DNA from: an uncultured Candidatus Saccharibacteria bacterium | GTDB lineage: Bacteria; Patescibacteriota; Minisyncoccia; Phycocordibacterales; CSBR16-119 | Length of the DNA stretch: 64,000 nt | Direction: 5' to 3' | Assembly (NCBI GenBank): GCA_964589975.1 | Contig: CAZPVH010000002.1 | Location: 68,217-132,216 of the forward strand | Shown here: piece after piece, positions 37,374 through 47,600 of the stretch | Layout: every line of letters begins with the position of its first letter | How positions within the stretch are numbered: the stretch's first letter is position 1 | Position numbers and translations under genes: made by a program | Notes under the pieces: model-generated | The model's database searches: none | What the model saw: the letters and a program-made list of their open reading frames with translations, nothing else | What the model was told of the DNA's origin: nothing

Positions 37374-37497
37374 GTTCGACAGTGTTTTTGAATTGACCGA
37401 AATCAAAGGCTCTCGGTCTACGCCTATTTGTCATGACTATACTGAAACTTCCAGAAAAAGCAAGAACGCCGCCCCGAAGAGGCGGCGTTCAAAAAGT

Positions 37498-37932
37498 TCA
37501 GCGATACCTTCCCCCGAATCTGCCCAAGAGCTCTGCGGAAGTTGGGACATGCCAAGGCGCTTTCAGAAGCCGAATGACCTTGATTTGATCAGGCGGAATT
37601 TCCGCTCTGTGAAATGCCAGGTAGTGCAAACAGAGCGAGTTCACATAGTAGCCACCGACCAATTCGTAGTCTTGGCCATGCGAATTCACATGAAGCCCGC
37701 CATCATGACATGGGCCACATGATACACAACCGAAGGTCTGTCCTCCTTCGAACCATTGCACCACTCCAGGGCGCTCTTCTGAAACCAAACCAAAGCGATT
37801 TTCCGCACTCATCGCTTGGCGTAAAGCTCCTGTCAACTTGAACAGTGCTTTATCGATAACAGGGTAATAGGACGGAGGGAGTTTTGGCTCAATGAAGAGC
37901 AGGGCTTTCGTACCTTCGTGGAGGATTACCAT
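37498..37932 (-). CDS. Hypothetical Cys/His-rich, possibly metal-binding protein
   Basis: Likely ATG at 37932; CxxCxxCH...NSLCLHYLAFHR; TTGCAA-16-TAATCT promoter; hairpin at 37464-37490. Confidence 0.75.
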   Translation of the reverse strand: MVILHEGTKALLFIEPKLPPSYYPVIDKALFKLTGALRQAMSAENRFGLVSEERPGVVQWFEGGQTFGCVSCGPCHDGGLHVNSHGQDYELVGGYYVNSLCLHYLAFHRAEIPPDQIKVIRLLKAPWHVPTSAELLGRFGGRYR

Positions 37933-38013
37933 TTTCTTGTTTTTTATTGAGATTACCCAGGAATGAATAATTTGCAAGAGAAAGGCCCCGCGTGTCTTGC
38001 GGGGCCTCTTAGG

Positions 38014-38370
38014 CTAAAGCCTTTCCAAAGTGACCGTCTTGCCGATCTTTGGAACCATCAGTACTTTTCCCCCTTTACTTTTGCGCTGCTGCTCGGGAAC
38101 TTTTTTGATGAGTCCGATCGTGATCACCCTGCTCGAGGGTTGATCGATCTTGGTCTCCTCTATTGGAAACACGAAGGTGTAATCATCGGCGCGAAGGATC
38201 AGCTGCTTATTTTCGACTACGGCATTCTTGATTCGAACATGATCGACCGGAACGCCTTTATCGAGACCACACGCCTCTCGGATAAACATGTTAGAGCCAG
38301 TGATGCTCCAGTGCCCGGATGTGAGGAGACGCGCCACATCCTCGGGCAGGAAGGTGGAGGTTAAATCCAT
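38014..38370 (-). CDS. Small hypothetical protein, monocistronic unit
   Basis: Likely ATG at 38370; TTGCGT-16-TATTGT promoter; GCCCCG hairpin at 37981-38008. Confidence 0.7.
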   Translation of the reverse strand: MDLTSTFLPEDVARLLTSGHWSITGSNMFIREACGLDKGVPVDHVRIKNAVVENKQLILRADDYTFVFPIEETKIDQPSSRVITIGLIKKVPEQQRKSKGGKVLMVPKIGKTVTLERL

Positions 38371-38470
38371 GGATTTTCGTTTTTCTACACAATACTGAAA
38401 AAAATAAATAACGCAAGGGGTTAAGCTTTTACACAACTGCCCCACCCTGCCGGCATGCTATCCTTTTATC

Positions 38471-38659
38471 ATGACCCCAAACAATATTCATAATCTCATG
38501 ACGCAAATGATCCAGGAGCAGAAGTCGCTGTGGAGGATCGAACACAACTACACAAAAGAAGCGACCACAGACGTCGAACGAGAATTCTGGGACAGGCTCC
38601 ACAATGAGAAGAAAGTCCACATTGAAGAGCTAAAGAAACTAATCAAAGAAAATCTATAA
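38471..38659 (+). CDS. Small helical protein, half-ferritin/rubrerythrin-like
   Basis: E..S...Y..EA......FW..L..E..VH..EL pattern; -10 TATCCT 6 nt before ATG; terminator at 38661-38690. Confidence 0.7.
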   Translation: MTPNNIHNLMTQMIQEQKSLWRIEHNYTKEATTDVEREFWDRLHNEKKVHIEELKKLIKENL

Positions 38660-38761
38660 AACAAAAAATCCCCTTACAGGGATTTTTTGTAATTCACTAT
38701 TCCCTACAGCGTCTTAAGAGATGTAGTACAATTATTGCATTACCAACATTAGTAAAACTAT

Positions 38762-39517
38762 ATGAAGAAACTTTTATTTATTTTGACGCTTTTGCTTGCT
38801 TCGGGCGGGGTTGCACTGGCAGAAAATCCAAGCTTTACTCTCAGCGCTTCCAGTATTTCAGATACAAAAGCAACCTTAAATGTTGAGATGGGAGACTGTT
38901 GCAACGAAAACGCCGACAATACCCATACGTATTATTTTGAATACGGCACAACAACGTCTGTATCAAAGAAGACAGAGCGGGTAACGCTCAATTGGGCCGA
39001 TGATGTCGTCAATCCGTATGCCGTAGTAGTCATAAGGGATCTACACCCTAACACAAAATATTACTATCGCTTTGTTCGAAAAACTGTTAACTTGAACAGC
39101 AATGAGGTTTCATACATGAAAAGCGACCTCAACAACTTCACTACGCTTGATCACGATGAAGAGCCTGACGAAGAAAACGACAACGAACTGACCGACGCTC
39201 AGATCGACGGTCTCGAGAACCTCGGGTTCACTGATCGTCAGATCAAAATGATTGTCGCCCTCTTTGCAAAAAAAGATCACGATGGACCAAATGGCCTCGC
39301 CTGCGGTTACCGACATAAAATGATCCTAAGACACGGTATGTTTGGAGAAGATGTCAAAGAAATGCAGAAGGCGCTGAAACTGAACGCCGACGGTAAATTC
39401 GGACGAATGACCCTAGAGGCGGTAAAACGTTTCCAATCTGAACACGGACTTCATGCGGACGGAGTTGTTGGCCAGATGACAGGTCTCAAACTCGGACTTC
39501 TCTGCCATATGGAATAA
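38762..39517 (+). CDS. Secreted FN3-like and peptidoglycan-binding domain protein
   Basis: Signal peptide, YFEYGTT...LHPNTKYYYR, LRHG..GEDVKEMQKAL...DGKFG..T..AVKRFQ...DGVVG. Confidence 0.85.
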   Translation: MKKLLFILTLLLASGGVALAENPSFTLSASSISDTKATLNVEMGDCCNENADNTHTYYFEYGTTTSVSKKTERVTLNWADDVVNPYAVVVIRDLHPNTKYYYRFVRKTVNLNSNEVSYMKSDLNNFTTLDHDEEPDEENDNELTDAQIDGLENLGFTDRQIKMIVALFAKKDHDGPNGLACGYRHKMILRHGMFGEDVKEMQKALKLNADGKFGRMTLEAVKRFQSEHGLHADGVVGQMTGLKLGLLCHME

Positions 39518-39531
39518 TCAAAAATTAATCT

Positions 39532-39596
39532 GAAAACAAAAATCCCCTCTCGGGGATTTTTGTTTTCTAGAAGCTGGTCACTAACCACTAGACACT
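39532..39596. repeat. Bidirectional terminator plus four imperfect 7-mers, copy 2
   Basis: GAAAACAAAAATCCCC-TCTC-GGGGATTTTTGTTTTC overlapping CTAGAAG-CTGGTCA-CTAACCA-CTAGACA. Confidence 0.7.
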
Positions 39597-39598
39597 CA

Positions 39599-41638
39599 TT
39601 AGATATCAATCTCCGCCATCTTCGCATTCGACTGGATGAAGCTCTTTCGTGGAGGGACTTCTGATCCCATGAGAATGTCGAAGGTTTTGTCGGCCTCTAT
39701 GGCGTCATCAATCTTTACCTGGAGAAGAATTCGATTATTCACGTCCATGGTTGTCTCCTTTAGCTCTTCCGGATTCATTTCACCGAGACCCTTATAACGC
39801 TGAACGGAGAATTTCGGCTTAGCAACTTTCTCTTCGCCTTCTTCTGGCGCGAGCTCTCCTTCTTCGAGCACTTTCATATCTTCTTCTTTCATTCCTTCCT
39901 GCTTCAAGAATTTATTCTTGTCGTCATCAGAATAAAGATATGTGATAGTTTTTCCTTTCGTCACTTTATAAAGCGGCGGCTGAGCAATGTAAATATATCC
40001 GGCTTCAATAACTGGCTTGAAGTATCTGTAGAAAAGCGTGAGGAGAAGCGTTCGGATGTGCGCACCGTCAACGTCGGCATCGGTTGCGATGATGATCTTG
40101 TGATAGCGGATATCTTCTAGGTTAAATGTGTCACCGATAGATGTGCCAAGAGCGATAACGAGAGACTTCACTTCTTTTGAAGCGAGCATTTTATCAAGGC
40201 GAGCACGCTCAACGTTTAGGATTTTACCTTTGAGTGGAAGCACGGCCTGGGTTCGTCTATCGCGGCCCATTTTAGTCGAGCCTCCAGCGGAGTCTCCCTC
40301 GACAATAAACAGCTCTGATTCGGCTGGGTCTTTGGACTGACAGTCGGCAAGCTTGCCTGGGAGCGTGAGACCTTCGAGCGCGCCTTTTCGGAGGACGGAA
40401 TCCTTGGCGGCTTTGGCCGCCTTTCTGGCCTTCAAAGCAAGTACGGCTTTGGACAGAATTGATTTAGCTTCATCGGGATTCTCTTCGAGGAAGTTTGAAA
40501 ATGCCGCCGAGAAAACAGATTCGACGGCGCCGCGGGCCTCCGGAGAACCGAGCTTATCTTTCGTCTGACCTTCGAACTGAATCTCAGGCATTTTGACCGA
40601 GATGACAGCAGTAAGACCCTCCAAGACGTCCTCGCCGGTAAAGCCGCCCTCCTTTTCGTTCAGGATATTATTTTTCTTTGAATAATTATTTATAAGACGC
40701 GTGAGAGCGGTCTTGAATCCAGTAACGTGCATGCCACCGCCAGGTGTCGAAATGTTGTTCGCAAACGGAACGATTCGATCAACTATGTCATCAACATACT
40801 GAAGCGCAATCTCGACAGTGATATCTCCTTCTTCTTTTTCGACAGAGAAAATCTTTTCCTGAACTTTTTTCTGGTCTTTGTTGTAGTGCGCAACCATAGA
40901 GACAATTCCGCCCTCAAAGTAGAAAGTCGTTGACGATACTGGAAGCCCGAGCTCCTTTATATAATACGCTTTGTCAGTGTCGATTTTTCCCTCATATGCG
41001 CGAGCGTCGATAAGTTCGATGCGAAGCTTTTTAACAAGGTAAGCCTGCTCGCGGTAATGATGAACGATCCGATTCCAATCAAATTTCACTTCTTTAAAAA
41101 TCTCAATATCCGGCTCGAATGAGATGATAGTACCGTGAAGTTTAGATTTACCAACTTCTTTTACTTTTGCTTTCGGTTTTCCTTTGGAATATTCCTGTAC
41201 AAATTTACCACCATCTCTGTGTACTTCGGCTTTTAGATTTATTGAAAGAGCGTTAACGACAGATGCACCGACGCCGTGAAGTCCTCCGGAAACTTTATAA
41301 CCCTTGTCCTTGCCTCCGAATTTTCCTCCGGCATGGAGAACAGTAAGAATTGTTTCGAGTGCAGAAACTTTAGTTTGCTTGTGTATGTCAGTTGGGATTC
41401 CTCGGCCGTTGTCAGCCACACGTACGACATTACCCGGAAGAAGGGCTACTTCGATATGATCACAGTGTCCCGCCATGGCTTCATCGCGAGAGTTGTCGAA
41501 AATTTCTTTGATTAGGTGATGAAGACCATCGGGACCAGTAGATCCAATGTACATACCCGGCCTTTTTCGGACCGGCTCGAGACCTTCGAGAACGGAAATA
41601 TCGTCAGCGCCGTAACTTGATTTTACCTTTTCAGCCAT
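39599..41638 (-). CDS. gyrB: DNA gyrase subunit B
   Basis: VRKRPGMYIG, DNGRGIP, SGGLHGVG, EGDSAGG, PLKGK, DADVDG, QRYKGLGEM. Confidence 0.97.
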   Translation of the reverse strand: MAEKVKSSYGADDISVLEGLEPVRKRPGMYIGSTGPDGLHHLIKEIFDNSRDEAMAGHCDHIEVALLPGNVVRVADNGRGIPTDIHKQTKVSALETILTVLHAGGKFGGKDKGYKVSGGLHGVGASVVNALSINLKAEVHRDGGKFVQEYSKGKPKAKVKEVGKSKLHGTIISFEPDIEIFKEVKFDWNRIVHHYREQAYLVKKLRIELIDARAYEGKIDTDKAYYIKELGLPVSSTTFYFEGGIVSMVAHYNKDQKKVQEKIFSVEKEEGDITVEIALQYVDDIVDRIVPFANNISTPGGGMHVTGFKTALTRLINNYSKKNNILNEKEGGFTGEDVLEGLTAVISVKMPEIQFEGQTKDKLGSPEARGAVESVFSAAFSNFLEENPDEAKSILSKAVLALKARKAAKAAKDSVLRKGALEGLTLPGKLADCQSKDPAESELFIVEGDSAGGSTKMGRDRRTQAVLPLKGKILNVERARLDKMLASKEVKSLVIALGTSIGDTFNLEDIRYHKIIIATDADVDGAHIRTLLLTLFYRYFKPVIEAGYIYIAQPPLYKVTKGKTITYLYSDDDKNKFLKQEGMKEEDMKVLEEGELAPEEGEEKVAKPKFSVQRYKGLGEMNPEELKETTMDVNNRILLQVKIDDAIEADKTFDILMGSEVPPRKSFIQSNAKMAEIDI

Positions 41639-41661
41639 AGGATATTGTTGAGTGATTAAAT

Positions 41662-41777
41662 CCCGTTAGAGATAGCAAAATCTTATTTTGCGTAACTTTA
41701 TTCGAGATTTGTAAGTAATAACGATCCTCTTTATTCAAATATTATTTCAATTTTTTAACCAGGATATCTCTAACGGG
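41662..41777. mobile_element. 116-bp MITE-like element, copy 3, 23 nt upstream of gyrB
   Basis: CCCGTTAGAGATA...TATCTCTAACGGG; internal hairpin GCAAAAT-CTT-ATTTTGC. Confidence 0.75.
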
Positions 41778-41882
41778 ATAAAACGAAAAAGCTCTTTAGA
41801 AGCTTGTGAATTATAGCAAATTTGAGAGTAAAAAGGAAGCTGTTTTGGGGACAAAAATGAGACTAAAATAAACTTAAAATTA

Positions 41883-41911
41883 TTGACAAATATGGTTAAT
41901 CATGCTAATAT
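41883..41911 (+). promoter_or_regulatory. sigma70-type promoter
   Basis: TTGACA-17-TAATAT with extended TG. Confidence 0.75.
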
Positions 41912-41938
41912 GATAAAAACAAAAAATCCAACCGCTCC

Positions 41939-42679
41939 ATGAAAATCGACAAACTTCTCCTGTCTTTCTTGGCCGCCTGCCTGTTCCTCTGTGGACTCGT
42001 TGCGACAGCCCAGAAGACCACCATCGAGTTCAGCGATCCCGAGATGGCCAAGCACTATGAAGAGTTGCTCAAAAAGCGCAACGACACTTCGACAACGAAG
42101 CTCGATGTGCTAATAACTAGCCGAAGCTCTGACGGAGCCATGCGCTCGACGGAAACTCGGGACGAACGTCGTCTGGTCCAAGTCGGTCAGAAGTTCGGCT
42201 TCGAAAATGCCTCTGGCCAACTCGTCATCCCCTGCACTTATGATTTCGGTGAGAACTTCCACGACGGCCTGGCTGTCGTCGGAAAGCGAAACCCGAAGGG
42301 CTCGGCCGTGAGCTACTACAAGTGGCACATCAACAAGGATGGCAAGCGTATCTATCGTCAGAACTACTGCGACGTCAGCAACTTCGTGAACGGCTACGCC
42401 GTCGTCGATGTGACCGGTGGGTACAAGATCTGCCACATCAAGAAAGACGGCACACCTTTGTATCCTGAGCGCTACACTCGATGCTGGGATTTCAATCAAT
42501 ACGGTCGTGCAATGGTCGAGAAAGCGGTACCGGAAAAAGATCTGGTAACCTTTCTGGTCATCGACACGACGGGCACGGTCATCGGGTCAAAGCGGTACTC
42601 GTTCAGAGAGAACCGCATGGACGAAGTGAAGTCGGGAAAGCAGGTCAAAGCTGATCTGGCGCAGTGGATGAAGCCATAG
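41939..42679 (+). CDS. Secreted WG-repeat (KWG-type) protein
   Basis: Signal peptide ending ATAQ; KFGFENASGQLVIPCTYDFGENFHDGLAVV and further repeats (F.NG.A.V); GCCCCG hairpin at 42692-42718. Confidence 0.85.
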   Translation: MKIDKLLLSFLAACLFLCGLVATAQKTTIEFSDPEMAKHYEELLKKRNDTSTTKLDVLITSRSSDGAMRSTETRDERRLVQVGQKFGFENASGQLVIPCTYDFGENFHDGLAVVGKRNPKGSAVSYYKWHINKDGKRIYRQNYCDVSNFVNGYAVVDVTGGYKICHIKKDGTPLYPERYTRCWDFNQYGRAMVEKAVPEKDLVTFLVIDTTGTVIGSKRYSFRENRMDEVKSGKQVKADLAQWMKP

Positions 42680-42777
42680 AACATTATGCGGGGCCCCGGA
42701 GGCAAGTCCGGGGCCTTTCCATTTGTATTGACAAATGGTCCATATCATGCTATTGTCTTATAAAAGCCAACGCACAC

Positions 42778-43401
42778 ATGAAAATCTATCGAGCCTGCAA
42801 GGAACGAGCAATCATTTTCGCGCTGAACATCCTCATGATGTTCTCGAACACATACGGCCAAGGACCGGACTCCCCTGTCGTCAGCATCGACGCGTCGAAG
42901 ATGGTCTACGCAACGTCCAATGGATACTGCCAATGCCTGGACACACTCTTCAATCGCGGCGAAGCCTACAACTCTCGCTGGGGCCAAAAGGGCTCAGTCT
43001 GTAAGTGGAATTTCTATGACAAGGAGCGTGTTGGTCCCGTTGTCGGACCGACGTCCGGCGTGTACGATATCTACATCGTATCCGCAAAAGACGTCGGCGC
43101 GATCGTCGCCGATATCCCACAGGTGGAGAAGGCCGCGCTCGCAAGAGGCTACGTCAACTGCCCTCCCGGGGTCGTTTACCAGCTTCTCGCGAAGCACTGG
43201 AAGAACAAGAAGTTCTTCGGACCGAACAGGCCAAGCTACATCGTGACCCTGGATAACTCCAGTGAAGTGATGGAGATCACCGATGAATACATCGGTACAG
43301 AAGGCGGGATGTTCGCGGCCGGGGTTGCCCCACAAGCATTCTGGCTCGGCCAGGCCGACATGGGCGCGCAGCGCTTCATATTCGCAAAGAAGAAACAGTA
43401 A
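42778..43401 (+). CDS. Exported hypothetical protein related to the 35721/36651 paralogs
   Basis: Likely ATG at 42778 after TTGACA(42728)-17-TATTGT; signal-like N-terminus ending TYGQ; IVSAKDVG...QVEKAALARGYVNCPP motif; hairpin at 43417-43443. Confidence 0.75.
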   Translation: MKIYRACKERAIIFALNILMMFSNTYGQGPDSPVVSIDASKMVYATSNGYCQCLDTLFNRGEAYNSRWGQKGSVCKWNFYDKERVGPVVGPTSGVYDIYIVSAKDVGAIVADIPQVEKAALARGYVNCPPGVVYQLLAKHWKNKKFFGPNRPSYIVTLDNSSEVMEITDEYIGTEGGMFAAGVAPQAFWLGQADMGAQRFIFAKKKQ

Positions 43402-43523
43402 GATCATTCGAAATGGGGCCCCGGACATCTGTCCGGGGCCTTTCATTTGCACAAAACTTGATTTTTAACGCTTTTCGTGTTATATACAGATCAGACACAG
43501 AAACCCTAAAACCCCTAAACACG

Positions 43524-44609
43524 ATGAAGCAGTACATTGTCATCGCTCTGGGGTTCCTATTGGGCCCCCTAGCAAACGCTCAGCCACCTGTGCTGATCGC
43601 GGAATATCGTTTCGAGGTTATGCCAGGAGGCATAAACACAACGATTCCATACTACGTAAACAATCTTCTCCTTAGTGCCGCAAGTAACTTTACCCCTGGA
43701 ACAGGCTTGGCAGGACCTGTTGGCCACACCCAAGGTGCCAGCCTTACAAATTCAAACGACCGAGCATACTGGGGTAGTAGTTGGAACACCGTATTCGATG
43801 CGAACGACTATTTTGGTTTTACGCTTACTCCAGTAGTCGGGTACACTCTAGTAGTAGACCGACTTACATTCTACGAACGCCGAAGTGGGACCGGTCCCCA
43901 GAATTGGCAGCTTCGCCGCAACCCCTACAGCAGCACAATAACAGCAGGAGTTACAACTGCTGGATCTGCTTCGCCAGTTCAAACCCCATTTGGCTTCAAG
44001 AACGTACCGCTCGCACTAAATTCAGCTGCGACAATAGGATTACGTATGTACGGTTATGGGTCTACTGATCCGGCTGGTACATGGCGTATCGACACAGTGA
44101 GAGTTTACGGTCACCTTCAAGGTGTCTTCAACCTCCCCATCGAACTGACGTCCTTCACCGGACACAAGACTCTCGATGGCGTTGAGTTGAACTGGACCAC
44201 AGCAAGCGAACGTGACAACGACTATTTCACGCTCCTTCGCTGCCCTGACACAGAGAGTTGGGAAGCTATCGGTAATGTCGACGGCGCTGGCAACAGTACC
44301 TCACCGATCAACTACAGCTTCGTAGATGAAGACCCTCTATCGGGAATCAACTACTACCAGCTGGAGCAAACCGATACAAACGGCGACCACTCTTTGTCAC
44401 ACGTAGTGGCAATAGATTTCCAGAACGTGTTCACCCTGACCCACCAGGTCGGCTCGAACATTTCTTGGGATGACAAGTACACCATGGTGCTCGATGTGAG
44501 CGGCCGAAGCGTGAGCGACTGGCAACAATCGCACACTCTGAGTACGCCAGGCATTTACTTCCTAACCGACAAACAAGGAAGTGTCGTGCGACTCAACGTA
44601 ACCCCTTGA
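43524..44609 (+). CDS. Secreted protein with a Bacteroidota T9SS-substrate-type C-terminal region
   Basis: Likely ATG at 43524, signal ending ANAQ; LPIELTSFTG..VELNWTTASERDNDYF..GAGNS...YSFVDE.P..G.NYYQLEQTD.NG then DVSGR...PGIYFL. Confidence 0.85.
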   Translation: MKQYIVIALGFLLGPLANAQPPVLIAEYRFEVMPGGINTTIPYYVNNLLLSAASNFTPGTGLAGPVGHTQGASLTNSNDRAYWGSSWNTVFDANDYFGFTLTPVVGYTLVVDRLTFYERRSGTGPQNWQLRRNPYSSTITAGVTTAGSASPVQTPFGFKNVPLALNSAATIGLRMYGYGSTDPAGTWRIDTVRVYGHLQGVFNLPIELTSFTGHKTLDGVELNWTTASERDNDYFTLLRCPDTESWEAIGNVDGAGNSTSPINYSFVDEDPLSGINYYQLEQTDTNGDHSLSHVVAIDFQNVFTLTHQVGSNISWDDKYTMVLDVSGRSVSDWQQSHTLSTPGIYFLTDKQGSVVRLNVTP

Positions 44610-44623
44610 TACTCGTGATCAAG

Positions 44624-44652
44624 AAAGGCCCCGCGCAATGCGGGGCCTTTTT
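44624..44652. terminator. Bidirectional GCCCCG-type terminator
   Basis: AAAGGCCCCGC-GCAAT-GCGGGGCCTTT. Confidence 0.85.
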
Positions 44653-44655
44653 CTT

Positions 44656-47600
44656 TTACACTCTGAGTATTTTATTTATATACCCTTTCTTTGCTTTGAA
44701 TTCTTCGGATGTGTATACCTCTTCGTATGAATCTTCGCCGGTTTTTTTCTTAACTTTCAAATAGTAATTTCCTTTCGGCACCAACACATGATATTTGCCA
44801 GTCTTGCCCACAATGGTATGCGCAATCTCTTTATCCAAAAGCGCGGAGTAAACTGAAACGATAGCGAAAGAAAGTGGATAACCCGTATCACGTTCAATCG
44901 CAAAACCTGGACGCTTTGGCCTGACACCGAACATAGCAAGTACTGTGATGAGGACATAGATACTGAGGATCACGTAGTTTAGTGTTGAGGGTTCCAAGAA
45001 AATAAGAACCGCCGAAGCTGCGAATCCAGCAATGAAGATCGTCTTTCCGATGCGCGCAAGAAATAATTCACCTTTTGAGAAGAATTTCATCAAGCCCTTA
45101 TTTTTTGTTTTCTCAAACTCATTCCAATTGAAATTTATAGAGTCCATCGGAATGTTCTTGTTTATAATCGTACCTTCCGTTTCTACTCCGATCTCTTCAC
45201 CAAAATACAGGTTGCCATACAGGTCATCATGATCAGCGCCACGCAGCTTGACCGACGGGAAGATATAATCTCCTTTCTTGGCGTCTAGTCTGTATTGTCC
45301 GCGCTCAGTAACAAATCCGTAGCGACCATCAAGATCAGTTATAGACGTAGCTACTTCGCGGCCACTCATATCAAGCAACGTCACGTAAACCGGATCAAGC
45401 GGCTGCTTGGTTACAGAGTCGTACACTGTTCCCCAAGGACGACGTTTCCTGCGAAAGCCAAGGAGAGTCGGAATGATATTCCACAGACGAAGAGCGATAG
45501 AAACAATGCCTGCTCGCTCAGCCAAGATGTATAACACCAGAGGTAGAGTCAATCCCGTTACTGCTACAGCTTGCACGACAGGCACCACTGCTGTGTTCTT
45601 CGAAATCCCGGACACATAACCGCTTATATCCTTTATAACTTCTTTGATTATTTCCGGGATGGTTTCTGGATCAGGAGGATTCTCATACGTACATGAACCG
45701 TCGCCGACATTTGCGGCCGAATTATAGTTCAATGCTGTAGAATCGGTACAGCCAGCAATACTTGTTAACGTATATTCGCATGATCCATCGTCCACGTCCG
45801 CGCTCGCATCATAGTTTGTTGCAAATGTATCAGTACAACCAGGCTCCTCGCCGGGCGTCTCGGGACCGTCATCGTAATCGCAGCTTCCATCGTCAACTGT
45901 TGCAGAGGCATTATAATTATCTGCTGTCGGATCTGTACACCCAGGCACAGGTCCGGGAGGATACACACACGAACCATCATCATCCGTCGCGCTAGGATTG
46001 TAATTTGTCGCAGTAGGATATGGACAGCCGTAAACCGGATAAGTACACGAACCATCATCCACAACAAAGACTGCATCGTAGTTCTGCGCTGCCGGGTCGG
46101 TACAGCCAGCCGGCGGATCCGTCGGACCACCACCGCCACCAAGAGATCCGCAAGCAAGTGTCGTAAACGCCACATCATCACCATAAGCTGTTCCGTCAGA
46201 ATTGGTTGCAAAGGCACGGTAGTGGTATGTTGTGCCACAAGTAAGAGGTTTAAGCTCTTTGTAGAAGAACGGTCGAAAAATCTGAAGACGACTATTGACC
46301 GAATCTGCCGAATACAACTTAAAAGTGTCTACATTGAGCAAAATATCCTTTGGAGTATCAAATTGCCCTATCGAAGAACCATTTGATCCGTAAGAGGAGA
46401 CAAACGTATATTCGTCGGGGTCTGCTTCTCTAGAAGCATAAATTACTCTGTCATTAACAGAATCTGTTATATATATTCCAAAATCAGTATCTATAGCAAT
46501 GCCAACAGGAGAATCCATAGCTGTCCATCCGGACGGCACGACAAACGACACGTCACCGCTGGAAGAGAAAGTTGTGTTTAGATACCATATCCTGTCATTT
46601 CCCGTATCAGTGACGTAGACATACCCGTCATCACTAATGACCACGCCTGAAGGAGAGCTGAGTCCTGTAGACTGGGCCAGCATAGTACCAGAAGTGTTGA
46701 GTTTCTGAATACGGTTATTACCAGAATCGGCCAAATATATTGAACTGGAATAAATAGCTATACCCTTCGGCGAACTAAACTGTCCCGCGCCAGTACCAAA
46801 AGATCCGAACTGAGACTGGTATACATGAGAGGAATTAAATACCTGAATCCGATTATTTCCTGTGTCCGAAACATATATATTGCCCGTACCCATATCAACA
46901 GCCACGTCCTGAGGCGCATTGAATTGACCGCTCCCTGATCCAGATATTCCGGCCTGACATCCAGAGGAGCAACTTTCGAAGGAGTTGCCGCCTGTGGCAA
47001 CGCCCCATCCGAACATGGTGATAAAAGTACCCGACGAATCTAACTCAACAATTCTATTGTTTCCAGTATCAGCCACGTAAATATTTCCGCTGGCATCTTG
47101 GCCGACGCCAGAAAGAGCATCGAAACTATTCTCGTCTGTTCCCAAAGAGCCAGACGTCGTCACACTAAGAGAGGTGCCCGGGCTCGTGTTAACACTAGAT
47201 CCGTATCCTGTAGTCGTCCCATACTGAAAACCGCGCACAGTAGAGGCACCAACTCCGTCACTGGTTTGTAGACCGTTTAGAATAACGGCTGTACTTCTAA
47301 TTTCTGTTGTGGCCTTCGTCACGACCACAGGCAAATCGCAAGCTGTCGTAGTAAAAGTCACATCATTGCCGTAACTCGTCCCGTCGGCATTTGTTGCAAA
47401 TGCACGGTAGTGATAATCTGTACCACATGTGAGTGAGTTTAAATAATTTGCAATATTAGTTTGGTCAATCTTATAGACAGTACTACCATCTCTAATAGAT
47501 ATATAGATTTCTTTCGAATTATTTATTGCCAATCCATATACACTTGAACCTCCAATATTTGTTTTTTCAACATTACTAGAAATAAAATTACCAGCCGTAT

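Noticed and set aside
39599-41638. Inteins or introns in gyrB, rpoB, rpoC or dnaG
   Set aside because: Lengths are normal or short and no splicing or homing-endonuclease motifs were seen.
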